Shown here piece by piece: positions 41,577 to 54,204 of a DNA stretch of 64,000 nt. Under the pieces are notes generated by a model. That model worked only from the letters and a program-made list of their open reading frames with translations. It was not told the origin of the DNA and searched no databases. The first letter of the stretch is position 1, and every line of letters starts with the position of its first letter. The stretch lies in contig JYFJ02000606.1 in NCBI GenBank assembly GCA_000934665.2, forward strand, positions 1 through 64,000, given 5' to 3'. A program made the translations under genes and the position numbers. Source of the DNA: Catajapyx aquilonaris (lineage: Eukaryota).

Positions 41577-41899
41577 CAGGGTGTTTCAACTTTTTTGTCC
41601 GAACAGTTATCGGATAATTGCACATAGCTGCTCCTTTGTAAGCAGTGACTTGCAACCAGTGATTTGTCGGAGGAATGGGGAATGCGGAAAAAGAGGGTCC
41701 CATGGCATGTGTGACCCTCTTTTTTCCAGGCTTGACCCTCAATTTTCAGCAGGCAGCACGTATGCCACTTCAACCTACGATACGCAGGGAATATTCCCCG
41801 TTCCTCCGACAAATCACCGTTTGCAAGTCACTGCTTACAAAGTAGCAGCTACATGCAATTTTCCGATAACTGTTCGGACAAAAAAGTTGAAACACCCTG
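41577..41899. mobile_element. Non-autonomous Tc1/mariner-type MITE, copy 1 (323 bp, ~107-bp TIRs, TA target-site duplication)
   Basis: TA|CAGGGTGTTTCAACTTTTTTGTCCGAACAGTTATCGG...CCGATAACTGTTCGGACAAAAAAGTTGAAACACCCTG|TA. Arms 41577-41683 and 41793-41899 are reverse complements with 7 mismatches by my alignment. No coding capacity. Confidence 0.92.
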
Positions 41900-44800
41900 T
41901 ATACGAATCGCTACTCTCAGTAACACTATTTGTCCTGTTAATTACTCTCTTTTTTTAACTTCAGAGAGTGAAAGAGAGAGAAAAAAGGGTTGGTCTGGTC
42001 GTGTGATTGTGTTTCCGGTCGGCATGCAATAGGTGTATAATTTGTTTTGCATACATCACGACCAAAGGCAGGGCAGGTAACGACAAGTGCCGTGTGACTG
42101 TTCCAAGCACGTTTCGTCGCATGAACACACGGAAGACGGACCTTCCTCCTAGTTGTTCCGTGCCTCCATATTTGATAGCTCAGAATGCAAACAAAGGTGG
42201 AGCTGCTTTGTTATGCATTGATTTATAAGCGAATTCCACAGTTGTGTTGCGCCATTTGGGGAGGGTTAGGATGGTATTTTTTCCGTGGATAAGTTCACAT
42301 TTTTTTTGTAGCAAAATGTGGATATCGTGTTGCTATTTGCAGCTTCCACAATAGTTGCATGTGAAAAGAGGCTACAGAAACACAAAGTTTTCCTGTCGTA
42401 ATTAGCAGGATTTCTTCCAAGCAGATGCATAATAAGTAAAGGGGAGACCACTTTCCATGTACGGAGAGGTGTGTACAGAAAGAGTAATATTTCAGGTGCC
42501 TGCATGCCCTGAGGTAATTAATTAACATTGTATTAATAAGGCGTCACTGAACCTGGAGATTAATTCGCCTATTTTTTTTTACAAAAATCAGGAGCATGAA
42601 TCATTTATATTTCAGTTCAAGTTTCAATTTTTTTGCTCGGTAGTGCAGAAAGTATGAATTTTTAGCTTTTTTAAAAGCCCATCACACACCAGCCAGACAG
42701 AAATGACGTCATTGATGACCTACATTATCATTGCCGGTGTTGCCAGGTGTAATTAGAAGCTCGTTGACGCAGAAGAACCAGTAATTATGGTCATCGAATG
42801 AAGAGAAGTTTTTCACATTTTCTACAGCTTAGAGAGCGGCCAATTTCTAATATTTCATTTGACTTGTTAGGTCAGGTTTTAGATTACTGTTTCTGTCCAC
42901 TTGATCAAACATTTTAATCAATATGTGCAAATATGACTTTAATAATTGATGTGTTGATAAAATGTGTAGACAATAGAAAATTCGGTAACGGTTTAAAATG
43001 TAAACAAATTGAACAACAAATTTATACATTATGATGCATTTAATAAATTGGGAGTGACAATACTGCTTACATTGATTAGATATTATATATATGATTGATT
43101 TTATGATGATGGATGGGAGGAATAGCATTAGTAAATGTGCGGACGAGGTGGTTTCATTATATAGCTAAATTTATAATTAATAGTGACATAAATACAGTCC
43201 ATGCAAAATTACAATATTGGCCTATAACACGGATCTTGCGCAGTGATACAGATAAGTGTAATTACGTGTCTCATCATTAAGAATTTAATATTTACGTTGG
43301 TGTAACTGCCAGAAATTACATTATGCTATGGTGTTGTGAATGTAACTAAATTATGTAATTTTTCTATCCGACTTTCATGTGGTGCTTGATTCCCTGTGGG
43401 TTTGAGAACACAGGAAATGTTATTTTACTGCTCGGCGTGGTATCAGTTTCGGTTTGTTATGATATGGGAATGATATGGATTACAAGCATTTGTAAGTAAA
43501 TTTTTAAATTTTTAATCATTCGAGTGGAGCCTGAAAGTACTTTGAAACGTATCAACACGCCCTTTTGCTTCAGGAAATTCCGTCGCCGGATAATGCAAAT
43601 TTCATTATTTAACCCAAACGTGACACTTGATATGTTGTTGCCTGAAAGAGGGGGAATGTTTTGTCAATCTACCTTCAAGACAACAGCATCAATTTTAAAT
43701 TAGTGAGTTGCATTCTAATCTGACTCTCGGTGACCTCTTTTCCCCAAAGATAAATCTTTTTCACTCTGTACACCATTTCACACCAATTTAAGGAGGGAAA
43801 AGTTGCAAATCTATAATATTCGCATTCATATGTTTGCAACTTGAGGTAATATGTTTCAGCTACATAATTATAATCGAGCCAATCACGTAATGTTTGAACT
43901 CTTTTATGTGTGTTTTACACTCGATTATTGCACCACTAAAATTTCTGAAATACATCGTATGCAATTACCACTTCTAGTAAAATCATGATGCTAAATTTTA
44001 TTACAAATGTGTTGCAATTTATTTTATACAATATAACTGTTGACAGTATGTTGGTCATGTTGAATCAAAATTTGCTCCACATCACCTATGAAATTTAACA
44101 TAACACGAAAATATCACTTCATTACATTACATTTATTGCATGCATATAATTATTATGTAAACACATAAAAAGGTAATGTTTACGCCCTTTCACATTATAA
44201 TACTAGGTAACCCTCTTCTGCGCTTTGCGACACAGTTAAACACGCAGTGTTTGTTCACGCTCCCCAGACATGATCGCTTTTTTCCCCCCGCAAAAATCCA
44301 AAATTGGCGCAAGAGAACCCGCGATTTTCCTTCCATCCTTTTCCTTTCCCCCCCCCCCAAACGCCATTTTCTCCCCCATCCAAAGTTTAATTTTCCGGGC
44401 TGTTTATGCGGATTGACTGAAGGGATTTGCGGCGAAGCGCGAGCAAACCGTACAAGAATATTTGGGCAACTTGATCACTTTGAAACGGCGGTTGAAGTGT
44501 TAGCACAAATATTTGGGGAAAGGAAATTTCCGAATAAGCACAGACCCCCTCCCCATCCCCTCAGTAGTAGTAGTCCCTCTTTGATAGAGTGCGCATCCCG
44601 ACTCCCGAGGGTTTCCCACGGGACAACATTGGGACGGGAAAAGCACTTTTTCATCGCTAATGTCTCTATTTGTGCCGGTTACTGGTAGGGGTAGGGTGAA
44701 TATACCTCGGACATTTCATCACTCCCAGACTGCGCCTCAGGTGCTGCTGTCTATCCCTCGCAAGAAAGCCTCTCATGAAGAAGGATTTGCGCAGGAGAAA

Positions 44801-47800
44801 CTTATACATTTTCATCCCAATTTTTTTTGTAGCGAGAAAGTGGGGGCCTAATGTGCCGTATAAAATAAATTTCAGTTGCTGCAGTGTTATTGACGTCTGA
44901 AGGAAAAAAATTTCGAGCCCTTCTGGAGTCGTTGGTGACATGCTCTCAATCATATACGTAAATGCGGTGTAAGAGTAAGAGAAGTTACATTTTATATAAA
45001 ACATTAATATGTAAACCTGCATGCTTTTTTTAAATAAGAGAAAAATTCCTCCGGTTCTGTATTTTTTGTGCAAAGGTAAAATGATTCAGATTTTCGAGAA
45101 TGGTAGCGTAGGGATATGAGAATGATCCGGCCAAAAGGCAATTTTCTATCCAGACTTGTTTGCAGTCTGAAGCAGGAATCTAGTTGGTCGGGATTGGCTT
45201 TGCGTATATCATAGTGGTTCCCATTGACAGTCGGTGTGAAATTGCACGGGTTTTCGACCTTCTCTCATTTCCATTCTCCCAAAGCGGTTTTTCTCTCTCC
45301 TGGTGGTGGCAAACTGGCGCGCCACGGTTTCATCTCTTGGCCCCGTTTTCCAATAAAGAAGGGGGTGAAACCTCCAGCCTCCGACTATCTTGTACCACCG
45401 ACGCTCTCTGGGTCCCAGAGAGGCCGCAGTCCATTTGGAATTCTATTCCATTATGGGGCGGTTTATCCGGAGGGGGCCTGAATTTTGGTCACTGCGTTGA
45501 CAGCCACATACTGCCAATATTGCGGTGCATAAAGTGATTAAGGCGTTTCATTTATCTCCCGCATGCAACACTCCTAAACCCACTAACACGGCCAATTTAG
45601 ACCGTTACGTATGCTGTATGAGTATGTAATAGTTTCCTAACAGTAAGCCTGGTAGTTAGTTGCAGCTGATACTGATGGTACTGTACAAAATATATGAACA
45701 GTATATTTTGCACGAAAATAACAAACTATATTGTAAATTGTGTTCTGGTTGACAGCGGTTTGAAAATGTTTAAACCGGACCAAAAAATTGCGAATGTGCG
45801 CAAAATACTGCAGAGATGATGTGAGTGTGACACATTGTACTGTACATTGTTAGGTATGTCTGTTACCAGCCTCATTTGAGAAAAATAATTAGGCGAGTCC
45901 ATCTGCAAGTGTCAGGTTGTTTAAAAGAGCCTGTGGTTAGTTGGAGGGCAGATTTGGGATATATTTAGCTGCTAAAAATTCATCTTCAGGTTTCGTGTTT
46001 GCAGGTGGCAGAAAAGCAATGCAAGTGCGGCAATGGAACTGTCCAAACTCATCCCACGGGGACAGTCCTTGCTTGGAAATTCCAGCGCAGGATAGAGATG
46101 AAGCCTTCATCCCCTGCTGAGTCAGGTAAAGTGCAATTTATTTGCATAATACAGTGGGCTTTGAGAACAAAGTGTGTCACATGCTGACTGATATTCAGTA
46201 ACTTTTTTAAAGAATCACGGTTTTAGGTCCAGACTGCTTCATGTGACAGAAATATGTAGCAGAGTCATGACATATCTCTTTTCCACTTTTAGAAAGAGCA
46301 AACTGGAGAAAAGTTTTTTTGTGTGTGAAATTATGGGGCTTATACTGCAGCTGTCAAGCATAAATCCCATTTCTGCGAAGTTGGTGTGCGGTATTCAATA
46401 TAAGCCCATGCACTGTACAGTATTATCGACACTGCATTATTCATCTTGCCCCTGCGACTATTACATCTGTGACGATTTCTGCAGTTGAGCTAGTCCCGTA
46501 TTCACATGATTAATAATAGACATTTTACCTGGAAAAAGGTATAGGCAAAAGAAGGTCGGAAAGCTGAATTTAGGGAATATTTTAAGATACGAAATATATA
46601 TCTGCGAATTTTTTCTTGCTAAATATCAAGGCTCGACAGGGAAAGGCCCTGGGCTATTTCTAATATCACACGCGAAAGTTTCATGCATCAAACATTCATT
46701 TATCATGAGGTGTTGGTGGGAGATTTATAATGTGTCATTTGGAGACAGTTTAACGGCTAAAACTTTTCCAATACGCCGAAACGCACTCGCATTTTCACAT
46801 CTTAATATTTTAGTGTTTAGTAACTTCGCTGTAGTCTAGCTCTATCTTTCCATGATGACCTTTGAACCTTTTGCACAGCATTGGAAAGAAGAAAAAGTGC
46901 TAATTAGTTGCTAATCACACTGCATAAATCAAAACGTGTACAAGCGCCATCTGTCAAACACCAGTTATGCGCATAAATTTTCATACATGTAGCGTCATTA
47001 ATCAGTGTATTATTTAGTAAACAATATGAATAATCATAATGTTGCGAAAAACGTCATAGTCGCCCGTTGTTTATTTAGGTAACAATGCTGATATACAGGG
47101 TGTATCATAATGTTTCGGACGAATTTCTGAGTTCTACGCATTCGGCCGGCAATAATGAGATTGGCACGATGGAAAAACACACCATGCCTGAAGGGGGAGG
47201 ATCGGTTTACATTTAAAAAATTTTTTGGACCCACCCCGATGATCCCGTCCAATGATCAAAGGGTATATTTCCAGACGAAGCAAGTCGCCAAACAAAGTTC
47301 TTGTTTCAATATTTGAAATGATGGTGCGCCGGAGTTGTTTCTGCTCGATTTGCGAGCCTGCAATTAAAACTAATTTAGCGGGGGTGTCCGGGGTTGCAAA
47401 TGTGTATGTGTGTTCGGAATAATATCGCCGGAAAGTAATCGGCTTCCGGGTACATTGCCTGGAAAGGAAAACCTCAAATCGCCTCAAATATTTGACTCTC
47501 CTGGTATGCAGCGTCAGTCCTTTACTGAGCTTTTCTGGTGTCCATTATCTCTCCTCGTCCCCCGGTATTTTTTGTGTGGAAAAAACGGTGTCGTTGCCCG
47601 GGTTAAGTGGTGTAAAAACTGCGTCGCATAACCCGGGACAAAACTGTGATTTTCCGGAACCCTGGTTGCAAGTTGCATCTCGAGCCAGTGCTATACATTG
47701 CACCATGGCCAAACCCAATTGAAAAAAAAGTGTTGCAGTTTTCCTTGCCCAGATTTCCAAAAACAAACCCGATCTAATTTCCATACGGATGACCACCAGC

Positions 47801-50567
47801 ATCGCGGGTCCCCATTGCCAACACGCCGCTTGTACAGGGTGGTTTGTAAACTTTCTGCCCATACCTTTTGGTATAAGCATGTGTGCCATTCATTTGGAGT
47901 GAGATTGCCGGGGTTTGCATCACAGTCCGTCTCTCTCTCTCTCTGTGCCGGTATAATAGAGTGAGTGGTGTGTGTCAGGGATTGGAATCAAGAGCGACAC
48001 TCTGCGGCCCCATTAGCGTGGCAACGTCTCATTCATCCAGCCGCAGACGAGCATAACAGGAGCCTCTGCCTTTCCTCCTCTTACAGGGGGGCTCTTTCTG
48101 ACACTCCTCTCCTGTGCCGTAATTGTGCCAGTCATCCCTTTCAGCGTGTCAAGGCGATTATTACGAGGCTTCTACTCGTCGGATTGGCACGGATCACGAA
48201 ACGGTTGGAAATACCTTGCGAGAAAAAAAGTGTTGGGGGGGTACAAACTGACCCCCCCAGTGTTGTGATGGGTCCGGAATATGGCCCGTCGCGGCATCAG
48301 ACACGCAAAGGCTGTATAATGAATGGGAAGCATTGTAATTGAAATGCGTCGGCTTGCAATAATACAAAGTTGGATGGCCGATACGTTTTCGGCACATCGA
48401 TTTGCGAACAATGGGTAGAAATGGCCCTGCATTCAGAAGCTATGGGAGGACTTATTTCCAGGAAGCGACTTGTGTACTGTGTGTCAAATATTTTTTTTTT
48501 TTTGGTACATGTCGCAGGACTTGGTCAATTATCGGGGATTTCAAAATGGTTCATGAAACGGAGGGATTTTAACGGGACAGGTTATATACCCTGTCAGAGA
48601 CGTGCGTTTGTTGACAGCCTGCCAATTATACTCCGAGGCTGCTCTTTTGTGACGGTTGGGGTTAATTGCGCAATGAAATGCGACAACTGTCAATCAAGAA
48701 ACCGCAGTCTCTTGGGGGCAAACAACCGATTCAACCGAGTCTCGTTTGGGGGAAAAAAATTGCACTTTTTTTTTTTGGACGATGAAGCTCTGCCAGCAAA
48801 ACTGTAGTGTTGCTCGACTCTCAGTAATTCACGTTTTAATTACCCGAATTTTTGGCAGATTTGAGTATTCTATGGGAGGGCTTATGTAGTAACTGGCGAA
48901 AGGATTACGCAGGGACTGTGCGAGTTGTAGTGTCGGCGACTTGTTAAATCGCAACTATAGCAACCGCATTATCCGGGACTTCCTCGGACGCCAGTAAATA
49001 GAAAATAATGACCTATTAGTTATTCCGTAATCATCTCTGCGAGCATCCATTACAATTAGAGCTTTTAATTACGGGTGTAGTTTACAGTCGGGCTGTTCAA
49101 GTTTGTGAATAATTCACTCGGCTGCTTCCTGGTGGCACAGGAAAAGCCGGAGCCTATTCAAAACCGAAAAACGTTTCTCTCGCAGCCCCGTCCTTTCTGC
49201 CATATGGAAATTAAGAAGGAAAAGAAATGGTCGGTGATAGCTTCTCCCCACAAATATGGACTCGCTACATTTTATGCCAACCAGGATTCAGAGAAGAATT
49301 ACCTTTTAGCCGAAAATATTTGAACCAATACTAACATTCGTGAAACACATAGTTCCATGTCGGTAAATTCCAACTGCTATCATTGTTAAAACCAGTCAGA
49401 AATATTGGTTAGGTGTGATTTAGTTTAACCAAAGATGATTCCACTCAACTTAGATGTCAGCTATGCCAATAACAGGTAATAATAATGTGCATTTACTCGA
49501 CAAAATATTCTTAAAGATGGTCCTTGCCATCAAAAATTAGTGTTGCGCACCGGGTTTGGACGAATGAAAAGAGAGGCGATACCTAGAGCTATACGGGGAA
49601 AATCCGGAGCGCAAACGAGCGCATTTACACTCTCGGCAGTATTCCGAGAGAAATACTGTACTGCAACCGGGGACATAGTGTAACTTGGGCGTAGCTTTAA
49701 TCTCCAAGAACAATAAATTTCCAGGGGACGTGAGAAATCTGCCAAATGGCTTACGGCCTCGGGAAGGGTAAACGTATCTTGAGGCTCATGTGCTGGTAAG
49801 TTTACGCTGACAAGTTTACTGTTCTGCAGTGGCACTTACAAGTTCAGGATTCAGTGCACTTGCACCCCCTGGTATTTTTTACGACTATCAGGACTAATAG
49901 ACTGCTATCTCAAAAATACCGCGCTGTTGTGTAGTAGACCACGAATTTGCAAATGGCATGGGATGATAAAAGTGTGAATATTTCGCAACTTTTTATGGCG
50001 ATCAGCCAGTTATCGCAACCCACAATGACGTTTAAAGGTGCAATTTCGGCGATAGAAATGTGACACGACCGTGCAATTTAGATTTTAAAACCTTCGTCCT
50101 GACTTGACAGTACAGTGCAATTTTCTTATATCCAACAATTTACTATTATCCGCGGACAGTTTATGCGATAGCCCCTATATTGATTCCCGCATGGTCTCAT
50201 GTATCGCGAGAGTTCCGCCAAAAGGAATAGTTATGAGCAGCCCCACCGCGAGATAAGAAAATGTGCGGCCGGGAATTTCAAATCACGTGAAAACCATATT
50301 GAAGCGGACCTTTTAAAATATGAACATTATACTCGATAAAATACCAATACAATTTTTTTTCTGCACACTGGATATCCTCTGCTAACACAATCGATCGGAC
50401 CTGAATGTACTTTGGCAAAGAAAATTCCCTCAGCAGTGGTGGTTGGGAGGGAAGTTTTCGCTAAAATTTTCATGGAGCTGCACCGGTGGCCAATGCCAGC
50501 GAAATGTTCCAGGAACCGAAATGATAAAAGGCAAAGGGTGGGTTTATAGGCCAAAATCAATACTTAC

Positions 50568-50625
50568 CAACCTGGCTTGCACCGATCATGAAGAAGGATA
50601 GCAGCGCGAGCCATACGTTCGACAT
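50568..50625 (-). CDS. dpr: Dpr-family Ig protein, first coding exon (signal peptide MSNVWLALLSFFMIGASQV+G)
   Basis: Minus strand reads gacaacATG (insect-type start context), then 19 codons with a hydrophobic core, then G|GTAAGT (consensus donor, phase 1). The phase matches the phase-1 acceptor at 38814, giving ...GASQV-E-SLRDRR. Too short for the ORF track. Confidence 0.85.
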
Positions 50626-53600
50626 GTTGTCAGGATTTGCAGCATGTAGCTCCGTCTAAGTCATCTCGGAAACACGTGTGGATTTCAAGCTGGAGATACC
50701 ACTAGTGTACCTGCTGCATCCGAGCAGTGTAACTCAGTGTCGGCCACGCTCCAAATGCACTCCCGACACATACACATGAAACCGGCTGTATATCTCTTGA
50801 GGCCGGACCACCCCTTTCCGATGCATCCAATTTATTGGACGATTACTTCCTCAGTGCGGCTGTGTGTGTTTTTTTTCTGTTGGAAGTACTTTCCTCTGGC
50901 TAAAAAAAATGTCACTGTCGCTGGAATTGGGTCCGGTGTGTCACAGCCTCATTTTCAGGAGTGCATATCACCCGTGCACGTTCGGTGGATCAAAGTCTGG
51001 TTGTGTCTGTTTCAAAGTGGGGGTGGGTTTTTCGGGTAGGACCAGGGGTGGGAGGCAACGCGCACAAGCAATGCTGGCTTGCCTACTACTGGGAGAGACC
51101 TCTCCTCGGGGTGGGGGCCACGGTGCCATCCCTCTTGCCACCTGAGCATGCTCGTTATGGACCCAGTTTTTTGGACGGGGGTTGGAGGGGGAAAAGTTGG
51201 CACGTCATCAATTATCATTCGTCCAAGACCCGGAGCCGGAGACACGACCCGGGGTAAGCCTTTGTTGCAGGCTTGTGTTCTGGTGTCGAGCTATAAGGGC
51301 GTGATGTACTCGCAAACACGCGGATTTGCATATTCTGCGAATTATGGCCGGGTGGACTCTCAAAGGGGACTTCGAGAAATTGTTTGAGAAAAAACGTAGT
51401 ATTGTGTAATGTCGGGCATAGTTGTCATACTAAAGCAGGGACTGGTAGATATTCTGCAAGATATTCTGGCAATGTTGTAACTACTGTGAGTCTAATAACA
51501 CACATGATGCTGGCAAATAAATTCTTCTTCGATGTCGACCAGAAATCGTGGCTGTCATGGGCACGAATTGGCCCGATTCCTTTTCCCTTTTTCCGACAAT
51601 AGGTTGGCTTTAAAATTAAAGGGACTTGTTTGTCATGCATATAACGCTGCGCTCTTGTTGGATCTACTTGAAAGTTGATATCAGCAGAGATTGATCTGGG
51701 CTTGCAAAAATGTCTCCGCATGGAAGGGCTTTCCCCTGCACGAAATTGTAACTGACAACAGGGGTGGTGGCAAACTTGAGAAGTTGGAAGAAGATCAAGT
51801 GATCCCAGAGATATAATACCTATAGTTCCCTTCTTCCCATCAAAAGAAGTCTGACACGATTTCTCTCTGAAGGTCTGTAAATAAAGAGTCCTTTTCAGTC
51901 GTAAGCAACCACTTTAGCCGCTCTGGCGTGAGACAAATTGGGACGGACGGAAGGAATTATTGTAATCGGGTTCGACTTGGCGTGAAGAGACCTTTGGTGT
52001 TGCTTCGTACTTGTTGTTCAATAATTGAGTTTAGACCGAAATTTTGATTCGGGTTAATAAACGTTGAAATTGCATGCATGAGTGAAAGGAAAATTTTATT
52101 TCAGAATGTGTTGTTGCTGTTTCGTGGAAAAAGGTGATTTTGGAATGTTCATAATAAGTAGGTCACGCTCCTCTAACGTAGTTTTGATTAAAATGGGATG
52201 AAATGCCCTGATGATTGGAAGTTAATGTAAATTTTCCAATTGAGTCTTTATAGTGTACAGTATTTCAAAAATAAATCACTTAATAAAACAAGGACCACTA
52301 TTGAAATCATAACGCAAAGATTGCAACATAAAATTCATCCTGCTGTTGCAAGGAAAGTCCTTCCAGGATTAAAATGCAAGTAATAATTAATACAGAAATT
52401 ATATTATGCACACCATGCTTGACTTTGGTCTGTGTTCCATTACTTTGCACCAATTATCTTTGCATCATATTAATAATCCATCAAATAAATATTCAATTTC
52501 GGCCATTATGAACAGTGTATGTGCAGAATCTAGTTTTATGTGTGACTTAATTATAATTAGTGGTTCATATCGGCTCTACAAACGTCACGCGTACAGTCGG
52601 AATGGCGTGAAAATATTTCATTTGCAGTTTATTGTGACGTGACATTTTAATATTTTTGGCGTGCCAGTGACATTGCAACATTAACGTGTCAAACAGAACG
52701 TAACAAATTTATGCACACCAGTTATCTTTGCGTTCTATCGACGCCATATTTTGTCCAGTTGCATTACGGCACTAGTTAAAATCCGGTCCTGAAAATGGTC
52801 TGAAGCCTCTATAGATTCCGGAGGGAAACTTCACCTCCAAAAATAACTCACACACGCACATTTTTAAAAATATGGCCCATATTTATATGCGACAACGTAG
52901 CGTTAATATTTATGAACCAAGCTATTTAAAATGTACTCCGCGTTTGTTAACCAAGCCTGACACTGATTCAGGAGCAAATCATTCAGATAAATGGAAACAA
53001 GTTTATCCTCCAACCGAACGTGCTTATTTTTTAAATGAAAAAAAGAGCGCTTCTCTCCCCAAGTTTAGATTTATATCAAGATTTGTACCGCATTAACCGC
53101 CTCTCACTTTATCCATCCCTTTTGCACAAGCCCTTGAGTGTTGTAAACTAATCTCAGCTTTTCCTCAAAGGACGCACGAAAAGAGAACAACTTCTCAAAA
53201 TCCTACCACCTACACCGTTACATCCCCCCAAAAAATCGGTAGGAGCAGTATAAAAAAATCCTAGGGTCTTTTATACTTTCCGCATCCTCTAATCTTACAT
53301 AGAAGCGGATGATATTTCCAGCTCTGTTCCATCTTGAAAAGGATGAAAAATCGTCGCTCGACCTTCCCCCTTTTTTCTTGCGATATTATCTTCTCTTTTC
53401 CCACCAAACTTTTCGATCCCAGGCTGCGCAAAACCCATCATTTTCAACCCTTCCAAGTCAACATGGTGTCATTCACCTACCCAATTGCTGACGTCTTTGA
53501 AAATCCGACACGCTGGAAATAATTCCTCCCGAAAAAAAAGTAGTAGAAGAAAAAAAAAATCTTGCTGACGATGTCATTTTTCACATTCAATCTCGAAAAT

Positions 53601-54056
53601 TTAACCTCTCAATCTCCGCCAAGTTAAAATGTCTCCAGATTTTTTTATTATACCCGCATCAGTGGCTTGAACTTAATGTAGCGTTAGTTTGACCGTTGTT
53701 CAGGCGTGTGTTTATTGTTGTGTGCAACAGCAGTTATTGGATTTCCTGTCGAAATGGCTGCTGACATTAACCTTGACACACAAATCTAGATTTTTTCCTC
53801 CTGGTGCTCTTTGATACTCTTTTTGTCGCGTTTTCTTGGAAGGATCATGATGCCAAGTTATGCGTGATGTAGAATGTTGCGCTGCTTCTCACTAAAAAAT
53901 CGAGTGGTTCATGGTTCAATATTTGAGATAGTTCATCATGTATATAGAATTGGCTTGGGTCTGTGCCTCTGGTTGTCCAGGGTGAGTCATCATGTCCGGT
54001 CACTTGGCTGCTAGATTCTTGTAATACTAATACCTCTCACCCTGGAGAGTGGTAGT

Positions 54057-54204
54057 CAAGGGGGTAATCACTTCGGTACTCCGGTGTACCCCTGCGAGTG
54101 GAACTCCCTGGTACTCCTCAGGTACCTCACTCTTTATTACTCCTTGGTACTCCTTGAATTTGGTACTCCAGTGTACACTTTTCAGCCGAGTGATTACCCC
54201 CTTG
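54057..54204. repeat. Short inverted-repeat element with internal GGTACTCC repeats (MITE-like)
   Basis: CAAGGGGGTAATCACTTCGG (54057-54076) pairs with CCGAGTGATTACCCCCTTG (54186-54204). Four exact GGTACTCC copies (54075, 54110, 54146, 54162) plus variants lie between. Confidence 0.55.

Noticed and set aside
5599..50567. Dscam-like duplicated alternative Ig exons or nested genes in the large introns
   Set aside because: I saw no further Ig-like or otherwise recognisable peptide in the ORF track or by eye. Short exons could still be missed without a homology search.
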